Below, in pieces: positions 18,114 to 27,268 of a stretch of 64,000 bases of DNA; positions within the stretch are counted from its first letter, which is position 1, and each line of letters opens with the position of its first letter. This stretch comes from a virus. Taxonomy: Duplodnaviria; Heunggongvirae; Uroviricota; Caudoviricetes. The notes under the pieces were generated by a model. That model was not told the DNA's origin. It made no database searches and saw nothing but the letters and a program-made list of their open reading frames with translations. The DNA lies in IMG/VR virus record IMGVR_UViG_3300021440_000016; one strand, 5' to 3'. Both the position numbers and the translations under genes were made by a program.

Positions 18114-20057
18114 ATGCTATACCAAGCCCTTCGAGAAACAGTTAAGTCCAAAGGCCAGCTCATCCCTTATGGCGCCGATCTTCACCAGTACATGAAGTCC
18201 AATAAGGACTATTATGTTAGCTTATACCAATATACTGAAGAACAAAAAAGGCATTTTGACGAGAGTGGGTCAGTTGCTGGTATCCGCAATACCACTACTG
18301 ATAAACTCTATTTTGATTTTGATTCTAAGGAAGACCTCAATAGAGCCAAGACAGACGCCATTTCCCTTGCGTTAGAGCTGGTCAACACATATGGAATCCC
18401 TGATGAGGCTGTTCAAGCTTATTTCAGTGGCAGTAAGGGGTTTGCTTTAGAAGTTAAGCTCAATGACAGGATTACCCCGGAGCATGTCCGACACATAATT
18501 CATCTACTGTCCAAGGATAGGCCTACTCTTGATACTCAAATCGTAGACCCTAATCGCATTATCCGAGTAGTGAACACAGTTCATCCTTCTAGCGGTCTTT
18601 ATAAGATTGCACTTCAGCTTTGGGAACTAGACGAACTAACGGTCGCCCAAATTCAAGAGAAAGCAAAGGAGCCAAGGTTGGACGTAATCCCCACGCTTAC
18701 GTCTGTACCTCTTCCAAAGGCACTTAATTATGTCCCCAAATCCGAAAAGAAGCCGGCCGCTTTGTCCGGAGATTCCGACGTTCTGGACTTCTCCAAAAAG
18801 CCCAAATTCCTTACCAACTGCCGGTGGGCACTACAGAATGGCTACTTCAGTGAAGGCAGTCGCTCAACAGCCTTTCTCTGTCTCGCCTCCACGTATAAAA
18901 ACCTAGGCTTTGATCTTGAACATGTCTATAGAATGCTCAAGGGCACAGCAGAGCTACAAGCCCAACGAAATTCTGCGGATCGGTTCCCAGACGAAGAGCT
19001 TTATAATAATATCGTGACCCAAGTGTTTTCTCCAAATTGGCATGGAGGTCAGTATTCATGCCGAGAAGAAGGCAGTTGGCTCCACGGTTATTGTCAAGGG
19101 CTAGGTTCCAATGCCTGTAAGCATAAAGAGGAGATGGAAGTAAGCAGCCTAACAGCTTTCTCAAGCAAATTTAAGAATTTCGCAGCCAATATTGAACAGA
19201 ACACGATTAAGTTCGGCATCAAAGCCATCGATGATCGAGTTATGATTACCACTAGTATGCTAGTAGGCCTACTTGGAGCCCCCTCAGCCGGGAAGACCCA
19301 AACGGTCTATGAAATTCTGAATAAAACGTCGAACCAAGGACTTGACTCCATGTTCTTTAGCATGGACATGGGCTTACCTCTAGTCTATACCCGCCTGATT
19401 CAGAAACATTTTGCCTACAATCGGGACAAGGTGTATTCTATCTATAAGACAGAACCGCAGGCTGAGGCAAAGACTGACCAAACCCTACAAGATCAATATA
19501 AAAACGTCAATTTCTGTTTTAAGTCTGGCTTGACAGTCCCACAGATCAAAGATATTGTAGTGGATTATGAAAAGAATACGGGTAAAAAGCTAAAGCTTAT
19601 TGTAATCGATTACTTGGAGTGCTTAAGTTCTCAGTTTGCAGACGCTACCGCAAGTACTGCCTTGATTGCACAGCAATTGAAAGATTTAGCAAACGAAACT
19701 AACACGTGTGTTCTAGTACTTCTTCAGACGCAGAAAGCCTCCGGTGATCCATCAGAACCGCTTCTCAGTATGAGAAAGATTAAGGGTGCCTCTTCAATTG
19801 AACAGGCATGTTCTGTAATCTTTACAATCAGCCGCCCCGGATTTAGCGCTAAGAACCCTCAGGACGATAAGTTCATTACTATCAGCACCGTCAAGGACCG
19901 CATGGGCAGCCTAATGTCAGTAGATTGTGGGTTCGAAGGCCTTACAGGTAAAATCACTTATCCTCTCTCGGACGAAGATTATGAGCTTCTCAAGGAAGTT
20001 AGAGAACGAAAGAGGATGGAAAAAGAAATGGAAGGCGGCGGGGATGGCTGGGGGTAA
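18114..20057 (+). CDS. primase-polymerase (AEP-like) fused to SF4/DnaB-like helicase
   Basis: N-terminal LYFDFDSKED (DxD), SGSKGFAL and RVVNTVH resemble AEP motifs I-III. C-terminal Walker A GAPSAGKT and DnaB-like ILVLLQTQK. Confidence 0.55.
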   Translation: MLYQALRETVKSKGQLIPYGADLHQYMKSNKDYYVSLYQYTEEQKRHFDESGSVAGIRNTTTDKLYFDFDSKEDLNRAKTDAISLALELVNTYGIPDEAVQAYFSGSKGFALEVKLNDRITPEHVRHIIHLLSKDRPTLDTQIVDPNRIIRVVNTVHPSSGLYKIALQLWELDELTVAQIQEKAKEPRLDVIPTLTSVPLPKALNYVPKSEKKPAALSGDSDVLDFSKKPKFLTNCRWALQNGYFSEGSRSTAFLCLASTYKNLGFDLEHVYRMLKGTAELQAQRNSADRFPDEELYNNIVTQVFSPNWHGGQYSCREEGSWLHGYCQGLGSNACKHKEEMEVSSLTAFSSKFKNFAANIEQNTIKFGIKAIDDRVMITTSMLVGLLGAPSAGKTQTVYEILNKTSNQGLDSMFFSMDMGLPLVYTRLIQKHFAYNRDKVYSIYKTEPQAEAKTDQTLQDQYKNVNFCFKSGLTVPQIKDIVVDYEKNTGKKLKLIVIDYLECLSSQFADATASTALIAQQLKDLANETNTCVLVLLQTQKASGDPSEPLLSMRKIKGASSIEQACSVIFTISRPGFSAKNPQDDKFITISTVKDRMGSLMSVDCGFEGLTGKITYPLSDEDYELLKEVRERKRMEKEMEGGGDGWG

Positions 20058-20131
20058 GCCGGAGTTTGAAAAGTATGGTAGAGAGCTGCTGACGCCACCA
20101 TTCATACCGCTTGCTTATGTTCTTTATTTGC

Positions 20132-20160
20132 TGGACATTTACGACTATATGGGGTACAAT
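20132..20160 (+). promoter_or_regulatory. sigma70-like promoter TGGACA-17-TACAAT
   Basis: -35 TGGACA, 17-nt spacer, -10 TACAAT. The spacer contains TTACGACTATAT, a variant of the late motif. Confidence 0.4.
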
Positions 20161-20295
20161 TTACCCCCCTGAGCAAGAATTTAGCTTTATTCTCCGCGAT
20201 CCCGTCAGACAGGCAATGCATTCTCATTATTATCAAGGATATCTATGGTAAAGAAACTACTTTCTAAATAAAAGTCAAGTAAAACCGGCAATCGA

Positions 20296-20574
20296 GTGTT
20301 CGATACTTTCGCTGGAGTTCATGTACAAGTATTCACTAAATCCTCTATCAGCGAGATCCTCTCCTCCGAAGAGGGATCTGTGCAGCAGAGTCTTCCTTTA
20401 ACCCTTACCGGTTATTTGATTGACTATGACGACAAGTTCTATTACCTAGGAGATACGCCGTATGAGGCTGACTCTGTTGTATCTGTAGATCAGGTAGTAA
20501 TCATCAAGGAAATCAAACAAATTGATGAACTTGACGTGCTTATGGACATGAAGGGTCCTCCTTCTGTAAACTAA
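20296..20574 (+). CDS. hypothetical protein
   Basis: ORF only. Confidence 0.35.
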   Translation: MFDTFAGVHVQVFTKSSISEILSSEEGSVQQSLPLTLTGYLIDYDDKFYYLGDTPYEADSVVSVDQVVIIKEIKQIDELDVLMDMKGPPSVN

Positions 20575-20765
20575 TGACGTTTGAAGAGGCCAATAAGGTC
20601 ATTCTTGCTGCTAAATCCATTGATAACCCGCTTTTAAAGGATTTGAGTATAACTAAAATTTTTGCGGCCGTCGGTATTTTCGCTGCTGAGTGGTTTCCAG
20701 ACAACTCCCACGGAGATGAACCGCAAGTGAGAATGACTATTTGGTTATATTCTAAACATATTTGA
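20574..20765 (+). CDS. small protein, motif-family-like
   Basis: Contains KIFAAVGIFAAEWFPD. Confidence 0.3.
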   Translation: MTFEEANKVILAAKSIDNPLLKDLSITKIFAAVGIFAAEWFPDNSHGDEPQVRMTIWLYSKHI

Positions 20766-20989
20766 CTTTAACTGAAGCTCGTGAGCATGTGCGCGGAGAT
20801 AATTACCTAGAGATGGATTTTCTGATCACAGATGTACTTTCAAACGTCGGGATAATTGAAAACTGCTGGTTTAATGATTTAAATATTATTACCGAGGATT
20901 TGGGAGAGACAGAAATAGTGGTCAGAACAAGAATTTGGAACTTCGTCGCTCACGACCTACTTCTAACGGTACCTAGGACCTTCTATTAG
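20762..20989 (+). CDS. small protein, FxDLxII-motif family
   Basis: Contains VLSNVGIIENCWFNDLNII. Confidence 0.35.
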   Translation: MTLTEAREHVRGDNYLEMDFLITDVLSNVGIIENCWFNDLNIITEDLGETEIVVRTRIWNFVAHDLLLTVPRTFY

Positions 20990-20990
20990 T

Positions 20991-21236
20991 ATGTATAAAT
21001 TTGGAAATATCCCGGAGTGGGTTTTACAGATAGACGTAAACGGCGATACGCTAAGAGAACTATTGAGTTCTTTGGCGGTGCAGAACATTAAACACGCAGA
21101 CTATATCATTCGTAATCACGAGGATTCTGGGTTACCTTATTTCGAAACCTTTCGAGCCACGTCTGGGAAGCGTGTGATTTTTTTAATTAATACTCCCTAT
21201 GGGCAGCAGATGGTAACTACATGCAATCAGACGTAG
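20991..21236 (+). CDS. hypothetical protein
   Basis: ORF only. Confidence 0.3.
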   Translation: MYKFGNIPEWVLQIDVNGDTLRELLSSLAVQNIKHADYIIRNHEDSGLPYFETFRATSGKRVIFLINTPYGQQMVTTCNQT

Positions 21237-21481
21237 CTTCTATTGAGAGTACCCTATCGGTATACCTTAGGCCGCATTTCCTTGCTGTAAGCACAGAAGA
21301 GGATGTAATAAATATAGTGGTGTCTCACCCTAGATTTCTCTTGCAGCGAATGTCGGAAAGGGTCTCGTCAGTATTCCAGCTAATTAAAACGCATTGTCCA
21401 GAAATACTTACCCGCAGAACGGTCGTAGTACAGCCCTTCTCCGCAAGTGAAATCAACGATTTATTTGAGTATTGGATATGA
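21221..21481 (+). CDS. hypothetical protein
   Basis: ORF only. Confidence 0.3.
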   Translation: MQSDVASIESTLSVYLRPHFLAVSTEEDVINIVVSHPRFLLQRMSERVSSVFQLIKTHCPEILTRRTVVVQPFSASEINDLFEYWI

Positions 21482-21696
21482 AGCCTACTATTCATGAAAT
21501 GGCAAGAGAGTGTCTTAAAAAAAACTACCCTTTAGTTGACTACGTTGACATATTTACCCTTTTAACTTTTTATGAACTCCGTATCATAGACGAGGCTGGT
21601 TATTTCATAGGAAACTTTAAACGAGCACAAAATAAAAATATAGCTAATATAGTTTTCGACTATGCTCAGCTTTTTCTGGAACATGAGCAACCTTGA
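21472..21696 (+). CDS. small protein, FxDLxII-motif family
   Basis: Contains TFYELRIIDEAGYFIG. Confidence 0.35.
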   Translation: MDMKPTIHEMARECLKKNYPLVDYVDIFTLLTFYELRIIDEAGYFIGNFKRAQNKNIANIVFDYAQLFLEHEQP

Positions 21697-21765
21697 CACA
21701 TTAACGAAGCAATGGTAGAATAAAGAAGACTAAGAGGTTCTTAGAAAAATTGGAGACTTCACATA

Positions 21766-24015
21766 GTGCTCTCACAATCACATCAAGCTAAGATTAAGAT
21801 TATATCTTCTGTAGCCGGTCTTCGCTCTTTATTTGAGGTCACTGCTCAGCAGAGCGACGAATTTGTAACAATCGATACCGAAACTGACAGCGTAAATGAA
21901 AAGATCGCTAGACTATACGGAATCGGTTTGTGCTTTAATGAAAAAGAAGCGTTCTACATTCCCATTCGCAGGCAGGACGGTAATTTGTTCTGGTCTGAAA
22001 AAACCATTTCAAAGTTATCTCAAGAGCTTCTTAAGCTAAGCACTCACAAAAAGCTCCTAGGTCATAATATTATTTATGACGTTCTTGTTCTAAAAAATAA
22101 TCTCGGAATCGATCTTACTTCTCATATTTTTGCAGACACCATTCTTCTTAAACATTGCATCGACGAGGAGCCGCCTTTCGGACTTAAAGAAACTGCCGTT
22201 AAGTACTTAGGTCCTTGGGCAGATAAAGCCCAGCAAGCTCTCTATGATAATATCAAAAAGAATGGTGGCAAGACTACCAAAGAAAACATGGAGATGTACA
22301 AAGCCGACACCGAGGTATTAGCAGAGTATTGCGGCTATGACGTTGTACTGACTTACATGCTTTTTCAGTATTTCAGCCCTAAACTTCATGAACAGGAGCT
22401 AGACAAGCTCTTCTATGAAGACGAGATTATGCCTCTCTATAGGGAGTGCGTTATTCCGATGAAAGATAACGGATTTCCTATCGACATTGAGTATTTTCAC
22501 CAACTGAAGAAAGACATTCAAGAAGATATTCTTAAGCTAGAAGGTGAGATTCATCAAGATATTAAAGAACATACAGATGAGTTTGCCTCTAAAGAGCTTA
22601 ATGAGGAGTTCCCAGTGAAGCGCACCGGTAACTTCCCCAAAGAACTAGCTTTACTCATGGGAGTTACTTCTCCTGTCACAAAAGCTGCGATTAAAAAGTT
22701 TGAACCTTTTTCTCATGAAGCGTTTCAGTTTAAAGATTGGTTTCTAGAATCTACAGAAGAAATCAATCCCGTTCTTATCGCGCAGGCTCAGAGAAATCTC
22801 TGGCATAAGCGCTACCCAGAAGATCGTTATATCTTTAATCTCAATAGCAATAAGCATTTGTCGTGGCTATTTTTTGAACAACTAGGAATGCAACCAAAAG
22901 ATCGCACCGACACCGGAGCGCCAAAGCTTGACGCGGCTACGTTAGAAGATATGGCCGGGGAGCACCCCTTTTGCGATAAGATCATCGAGTACAAAAAACT
23001 ACAGAAGATTGCTGGCACGTACATTGACGGTATTCTTGATCGCCAGTATCAGGGTGTTGTGTACGGCAGCTTCTTAATGTTTGGAACTACTTCTGGGCGA
23101 TTCTCTAGCCGCGACCCCAACATGCAGAATCTTCCTCGCGTAAAGGACGAAGATTCAAAGCTATCCCCTCTTGTGCTTAAGTATGTTAACGCCATTAAGC
23201 GCGGCTTTGTAGCAGGTGAGGGCTATAAGCTCGTCAACGCTGACTTCTCTGCTCTAGAGCCTTGCGCATTTGCCAGCGCCTGCGGCGACAAAAAACTACA
23301 GCAGATTTTTAAAAACAAATGGGACCTATACTCTTCTATTGCCATCGAGGCTGAAAATCTTCAGGACAAGTATAGCGCAGATAAGAAGGCTGAGAACTAT
23401 CTAGGGAAGCAGGCTAAAGAACTTAGACAGAAGTATAAAGCCGTAGCACTAGCAGTTGTATACGGAGCAGAGTCAGGTCGTATTAGTCAGGTCATTGGAT
23501 GTAGTCAAAACGAAGCTCAAGTCATTATTGACAATTATCTAGATGCTTACCCTGGGCTTGTTCAGTATATGAACGACTGCGATAAACAAGTAGCTACTCA
23601 AGGGTTTATCCGCAATAAGTTTGGACGTATTCGCCACTTGCCGGAAGCAAAGCGCCTAGCTGCAACGTACGGCAGAACCCTACTAGATCGCCACTGGGCG
23701 CGTAAAAACGGATTATCAGAAGCCCGTTACCAACTTAAGAACTATTTAAATAACGGCAAGAATTTCCCTATTCAATCTACTGCTGCTCACATCGTTAACA
23801 GAGCCATGCTAAAAGCCACTAGACTTCTAAAAGAGAACAACATCGAGGGGCAAATAATAGCTCAGGTTCACGACGAACTAACTCTCATAGTCAAAGAAGA
23901 ACAAGCGGAAGCCGCTGCAAAGCTACTTAAAGAAGCAATGGAAAATACAACTAGGATTGAAGTACCTCTAGTAGCTGACCCGGTAATTGGGAATAACTGG
24001 GCAGAAGTTAAATAA
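21766..24015 (+). CDS. DNA polymerase, family A, with 3'-5' exonuclease domain
   Basis: Exo I TIDTETDS; motif A DFSALE; motif B RQKYKAVALAVVYG; motif C VHDE. Confidence 0.8.
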   Translation: MLSQSHQAKIKIISSVAGLRSLFEVTAQQSDEFVTIDTETDSVNEKIARLYGIGLCFNEKEAFYIPIRRQDGNLFWSEKTISKLSQELLKLSTHKKLLGHNIIYDVLVLKNNLGIDLTSHIFADTILLKHCIDEEPPFGLKETAVKYLGPWADKAQQALYDNIKKNGGKTTKENMEMYKADTEVLAEYCGYDVVLTYMLFQYFSPKLHEQELDKLFYEDEIMPLYRECVIPMKDNGFPIDIEYFHQLKKDIQEDILKLEGEIHQDIKEHTDEFASKELNEEFPVKRTGNFPKELALLMGVTSPVTKAAIKKFEPFSHEAFQFKDWFLESTEEINPVLIAQAQRNLWHKRYPEDRYIFNLNSNKHLSWLFFEQLGMQPKDRTDTGAPKLDAATLEDMAGEHPFCDKIIEYKKLQKIAGTYIDGILDRQYQGVVYGSFLMFGTTSGRFSSRDPNMQNLPRVKDEDSKLSPLVLKYVNAIKRGFVAGEGYKLVNADFSALEPCAFASACGDKKLQQIFKNKWDLYSSIAIEAENLQDKYSADKKAENYLGKQAKELRQKYKAVALAVVYGAESGRISQVIGCSQNEAQVIIDNYLDAYPGLVQYMNDCDKQVATQGFIRNKFGRIRHLPEAKRLAATYGRTLLDRHWARKNGLSEARYQLKNYLNNGKNFPIQSTAAHIVNRAMLKATRLLKENNIEGQIIAQVHDELTLIVKEEQAEAAAKLLKEAMENTTRIEVPLVADPVIGNNWAEVK

Positions 24016-24184
24016 AATGAATGATTATCGCCTCTCTTCCTTTGAGCTAGATCTAATCTACAAATACTTTCAAGATCTAAGTATTATTCCAAGTACCCTA
24101 TCAATAGAAGAATGGGATAAGCTACCAACCAGAGAAATACCAGAAGGGTATAGATGCTTCGAAGATCTCTTCTGGACTTATTAA
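23987..24184 (+). CDS. small protein, FxDLxII-motif family
   Basis: Contains YFQDLSIIPSTLSIEEWD. Confidence 0.3.
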   Translation: MGITGQKLNKMNDYRLSSFELDLIYKYFQDLSIIPSTLSIEEWDKLPTREIPEGYRCFEDLFWTY

Positions 24185-24246
24185 CTTCGCTATTGCACAT
24201 AACCTCCGTTAACAACGACACAGTGTAGGTGATTCCTAATTTTAGT

Positions 24247-24262
24247 TTTAACAACTATAGTC
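24247..24262 (+). promoter_or_regulatory. TTAACAACTATAGT copy of the conserved late motif
   Basis: Exact TAACAACTATA core 12 nt upstream of the HNH start, followed by AAGGAG RBS. Confidence 0.4.
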
Positions 24263-24274
24263 AAGGAGCTATTT

Positions 24275-25123
24275 ATGTTAAATAAGAAATTTGGAAGATG
24301 GACTGTGATTGAAGAGGGTAAACACAAAGATTATAAGGTTTTATGTAGATGCGATTGTGGAAAAGAAAGGAGAGTTAGAACAGATGGTCTTAAAAATGGC
24401 TCATCTGTTTCCTGTGGATGTTTCCATAAAGAGGTAACAAAAAGACTTGCTTTTAAAAATAGATTAAAAATTGGAGATAAGTTTAATAAATTAACAGTGA
24501 TTGGTTTAATAAAGAATGAGAAGCAAAGAACCTATTATTATAATCTAATTTGTGATTGTGGGGATTCTCCAAAACCAACAAGAGCAGAGGCGCTGATAAA
24601 AGGTAAAGTTAAATCGTGTGGATGTCTAGCGAGGGAACGAACTAGAGAAATGGGAAGACGACCAAAACCAAAGAAACCGATAGACGTAAGAATTTTATAC
24701 GCTATTAGAAATCACTGTAAAAACAATGCAAAAGCTAGAGGCATATACTTCAATTTAACAATAGAAGACGTAAATAGTGTAATATATAATAACTGTATAT
24801 ACTGTAACAGAGAACCCTCTAATGTATATACCATTAAATATCGAAATGAATCTAAAAAGTATTCTGGAATAGATAGATTAGATAATAATTTAGGATACGA
24901 AATAGGTAATTGTGTACCATGTTGTCAGTCATGTAATTCATTAAAAAATGGTATTACTCCTAATATGGTGCATATACTATATAACTTATATCTTGAAACT
25001 GGCGTATTTTCCAGGTACAATATAAGTAATGAAAATGAGATTCTTTCAGATCGCAAAGAAAGCAACAACCCTTTCCACTCATCCTCAACACCGAGTAGGG
25101 GTTGTGATAACAAGGAAGAGTAG
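24275..25123 (+). CDS. HNH homing endonuclease
   Basis: Repeated GRWTV...CxCDCG / CGC zinc modules; C-terminal IDRLDNNLGYEIGNCVPCCQSCN HNH-like core. Confidence 0.55.
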   Translation: MLNKKFGRWTVIEEGKHKDYKVLCRCDCGKERRVRTDGLKNGSSVSCGCFHKEVTKRLAFKNRLKIGDKFNKLTVIGLIKNEKQRTYYYNLICDCGDSPKPTRAEALIKGKVKSCGCLARERTREMGRRPKPKKPIDVRILYAIRNHCKNNAKARGIYFNLTIEDVNSVIYNNCIYCNREPSNVYTIKYRNESKKYSGIDRLDNNLGYEIGNCVPCCQSCNSLKNGITPNMVHILYNLYLETGVFSRYNISNENEILSDRKESNNPFHSSSTPSRGCDNKEE

Positions 25124-25388
25124 AGTAATATCCACAGGGTATAACCTACTAAAGACTCATCCCCGCAGCCCTCATGGGTATAAATCACAGCACGCGGAAT
25201 TCCGTGCTATCTGGGGCTTAGATCCTCGCGATCTTAAGGGCGCAACAATCTACGTATACCGACAGAGTCGCGATGGATCTCTTGCACTTTCAAAACCCTG
25301 TCCTAGCTGTCTTAACCTCATTAAATCGGTAGGGATAAAGACTATCTACTACACAGATTATAATTCCTACACAACGGAGAACTTGTGA
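25029..25388 (+). CDS. dCMP/cytidine deaminase
   Basis: HAEFRAI...(28 aa)...PCPSC zinc-binding signature. Overlaps the HNH 3' end in another frame. Confidence 0.55.
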   Translation: MKMRFFQIAKKATTLSTHPQHRVGVVITRKSRVISTGYNLLKTHPRSPHGYKSQHAEFRAIWGLDPRDLKGATIYVYRQSRDGSLALSKPCPSCLNLIKSVGIKTIYYTDYNSYTTENL

Positions 25389-25594
25389 GTACGTCTAACT
25401 TCTATCGAAGGTACTTAGAGTTCTGTAAAATAATAGGAAATCTACATAATTATAACGATTATATCAATTATAACTTAACTATGTCTTACTTTATAGAATT
25501 AGGTATCACAAATTACGATAATCCTAACACGTTTGAAAATAAGTTATCTCAAATTGCTTATAAATATTTCGTTCCTAGAGGGTTTAATTGGTAA
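25385..25594 (+). CDS. small protein, FxDLxII-motif family
   Basis: Contains SYFIELGITNYDNP. Confidence 0.3.
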   Translation: MSTSNFYRRYLEFCKIIGNLHNYNDYINYNLTMSYFIELGITNYDNPNTFENKLSQIAYKYFVPRGFNW

Positions 25595-25785
25595 TGAAAT
25601 ACACAACATGGGGAGAATTTGCAGAGTTACATAGACTTGAGAATGACCTGTATTGGTCAGATATGAACCTCATTATGCAATACTTCGTTGACTTAAATAT
25701 AGATAGACCTCCAACAAACCCAGAAAATTTTAGTAATACGAGACTATCTATTTACGTATTTAGTAACTATGAAGAAGACACTTGA
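25588..25785 (+). CDS. small protein, FxDLxII-motif family
   Basis: Contains QYFVDLNIDRPPTNPENF. Confidence 0.3.
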   Translation: MVMKYTTWGEFAELHRLENDLYWSDMNLIMQYFVDLNIDRPPTNPENFSNTRLSIYVFSNYEEDT

Positions 25786-25817
25786 AGAGTTTGACAATGC
25801 GTTAGCCTGCTCGTCTT

Positions 25818-26039
25818 ATGAAATTTAAAGAAACAAATAGATTACACATACCCTGTAAATCAGAGCTTCTTTACTATGATATAACTCTATTATTATTTGA
25901 ACTGAACATTTTAAGGGTAGATCATTATAGTACATCGTCACATCTTCCCTATGGACTAAAGAATAATGATAAAGAGATAGAAATTAAAGTTAAGCACCAA
26001 GTAAATCTGTATACAAATAAAGCTTGCAAAGAAAACTGA
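25818..26039 (+). CDS. small protein, FxDLxII-motif family
   Basis: Contains LLFELNILRVDHYS. Confidence 0.3.
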   Translation: MKFKETNRLHIPCKSELLYYDITLLLFELNILRVDHYSTSSHLPYGLKNNDKEIEIKVKHQVNLYTNKACKEN

Positions 26040-26078
26040 CCTATAGTAATCTAGAAACATAATCGAGGAGAAAACTAA

Positions 26079-27155
26079 ATGAAACCGACCCATATTCATG
26101 AAATTCTGAATCTTACCCGTCAGGCCCGCAGTCTTGGACATAAATTCAATCCACTTTTTGTCGGACCTCCCGGCATTGGTAAGTCTGAAATTATTCAGCA
26201 GTGGTGCAATAAACATAATATTCCCTTTATCGATCTTCGGGCAGCCTATCTTGAAGCCCCAGACGTTATCGGCTTTCCTCAGATTAAGGAGGTAGATGGT
26301 CGCGCCCGCACCATTCACGCTCTCCCCGAATTCTGGCCCGCTGACCCTAATTGGGAAGGCGTCATTCTGCTTGAAGAACCCAATCGAGGCACTACCTCTG
26401 TCATGAACACGTTTATGCAGATGCTCACTGATCTGCAAGTCCACCTCTACAAGCTCCCTAAGCGGGCTATGATTGTTGGAGCAATCAATCCTGAAAACGA
26501 AGAGTACGATGTTAACACCATGGATGCGGCTCTTAAGAATCGCTTTGAGATGTTCCATGTTGACTACGACGCTGAAAGCTTCATCAAGTTTATGCGGGAC
26601 GATGAATGGGACGAACGAGTTGTTGACTTCGTCCGAGGTAATTTCTGGACTTACGTTAAGCCGGAAGATGTAGCGAATAATCCCGGAGCTAAGTATATTT
26701 CTCCTCGTTCTCTCAGTAAGCTTAACTCAGCTCTTAAAGCTGGCGTCACTGAAATGGACATGGCTGTGCAGATGATGGTTTTTGAGTCCGTACTCGGAAA
26801 GAACTACGCCATCCAATTTTTTAATTTCATCTCCAAGGAGCGTCCGGTCTTTGTACGCGATCTCCTTGAGAATAAGGATGAAGCCATCAGCCGTCTTGCG
26901 CAGTTCGCTAATCCTGACAACTACAAGAACGGTCACATCTCTATGTTTATCGAGGATCTTAAGAGTTCACATGAACAGGTAAGCAACGCCGTGCTCGCGG
27001 AAGTTCTTGTAACTCTTCCTGCCGACCAATCTATCAACCTTATTCGGGAGCTTGAGTACCTCAAGAAAGTCAAAACCGGAAGCCTTGCCAAGGAGCTTGC
27101 AAAGGATTACCCCGAAGTGAAGAAATACTTTGCAAAGCATCTCAAGAAGAGCTAA
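26079..27155 (+). CDS. AAA_5 (MoxR/CbbQ-like) ATPase
   Basis: Walker A GPPGIGKSE; Walker B ILLEEPNR; compact AAA_5-like length. Confidence 0.55.
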   Translation: MKPTHIHEILNLTRQARSLGHKFNPLFVGPPGIGKSEIIQQWCNKHNIPFIDLRAAYLEAPDVIGFPQIKEVDGRARTIHALPEFWPADPNWEGVILLEEPNRGTTSVMNTFMQMLTDLQVHLYKLPKRAMIVGAINPENEEYDVNTMDAALKNRFEMFHVDYDAESFIKFMRDDEWDERVVDFVRGNFWTYVKPEDVANNPGAKYISPRSLSKLNSALKAGVTEMDMAVQMMVFESVLGKNYAIQFFNFISKERPVFVRDLLENKDEAISRLAQFANPDNYKNGHISMFIEDLKSSHEQVSNAVLAEVLVTLPADQSINLIRELEYLKKVKTGSLAKELAKDYPEVKKYFAKHLKKS

Positions 27156-27268
27156 TATAGAACAGTAGTCTATTATGAAGGATGTCTGGACAAGTGTTGA
27201 GTTAGAAGCCGCGTGTAACGCTCTTATTTGTCTGGACATCTTTTCTAAAGAGAAAGGCAACGAATTAT

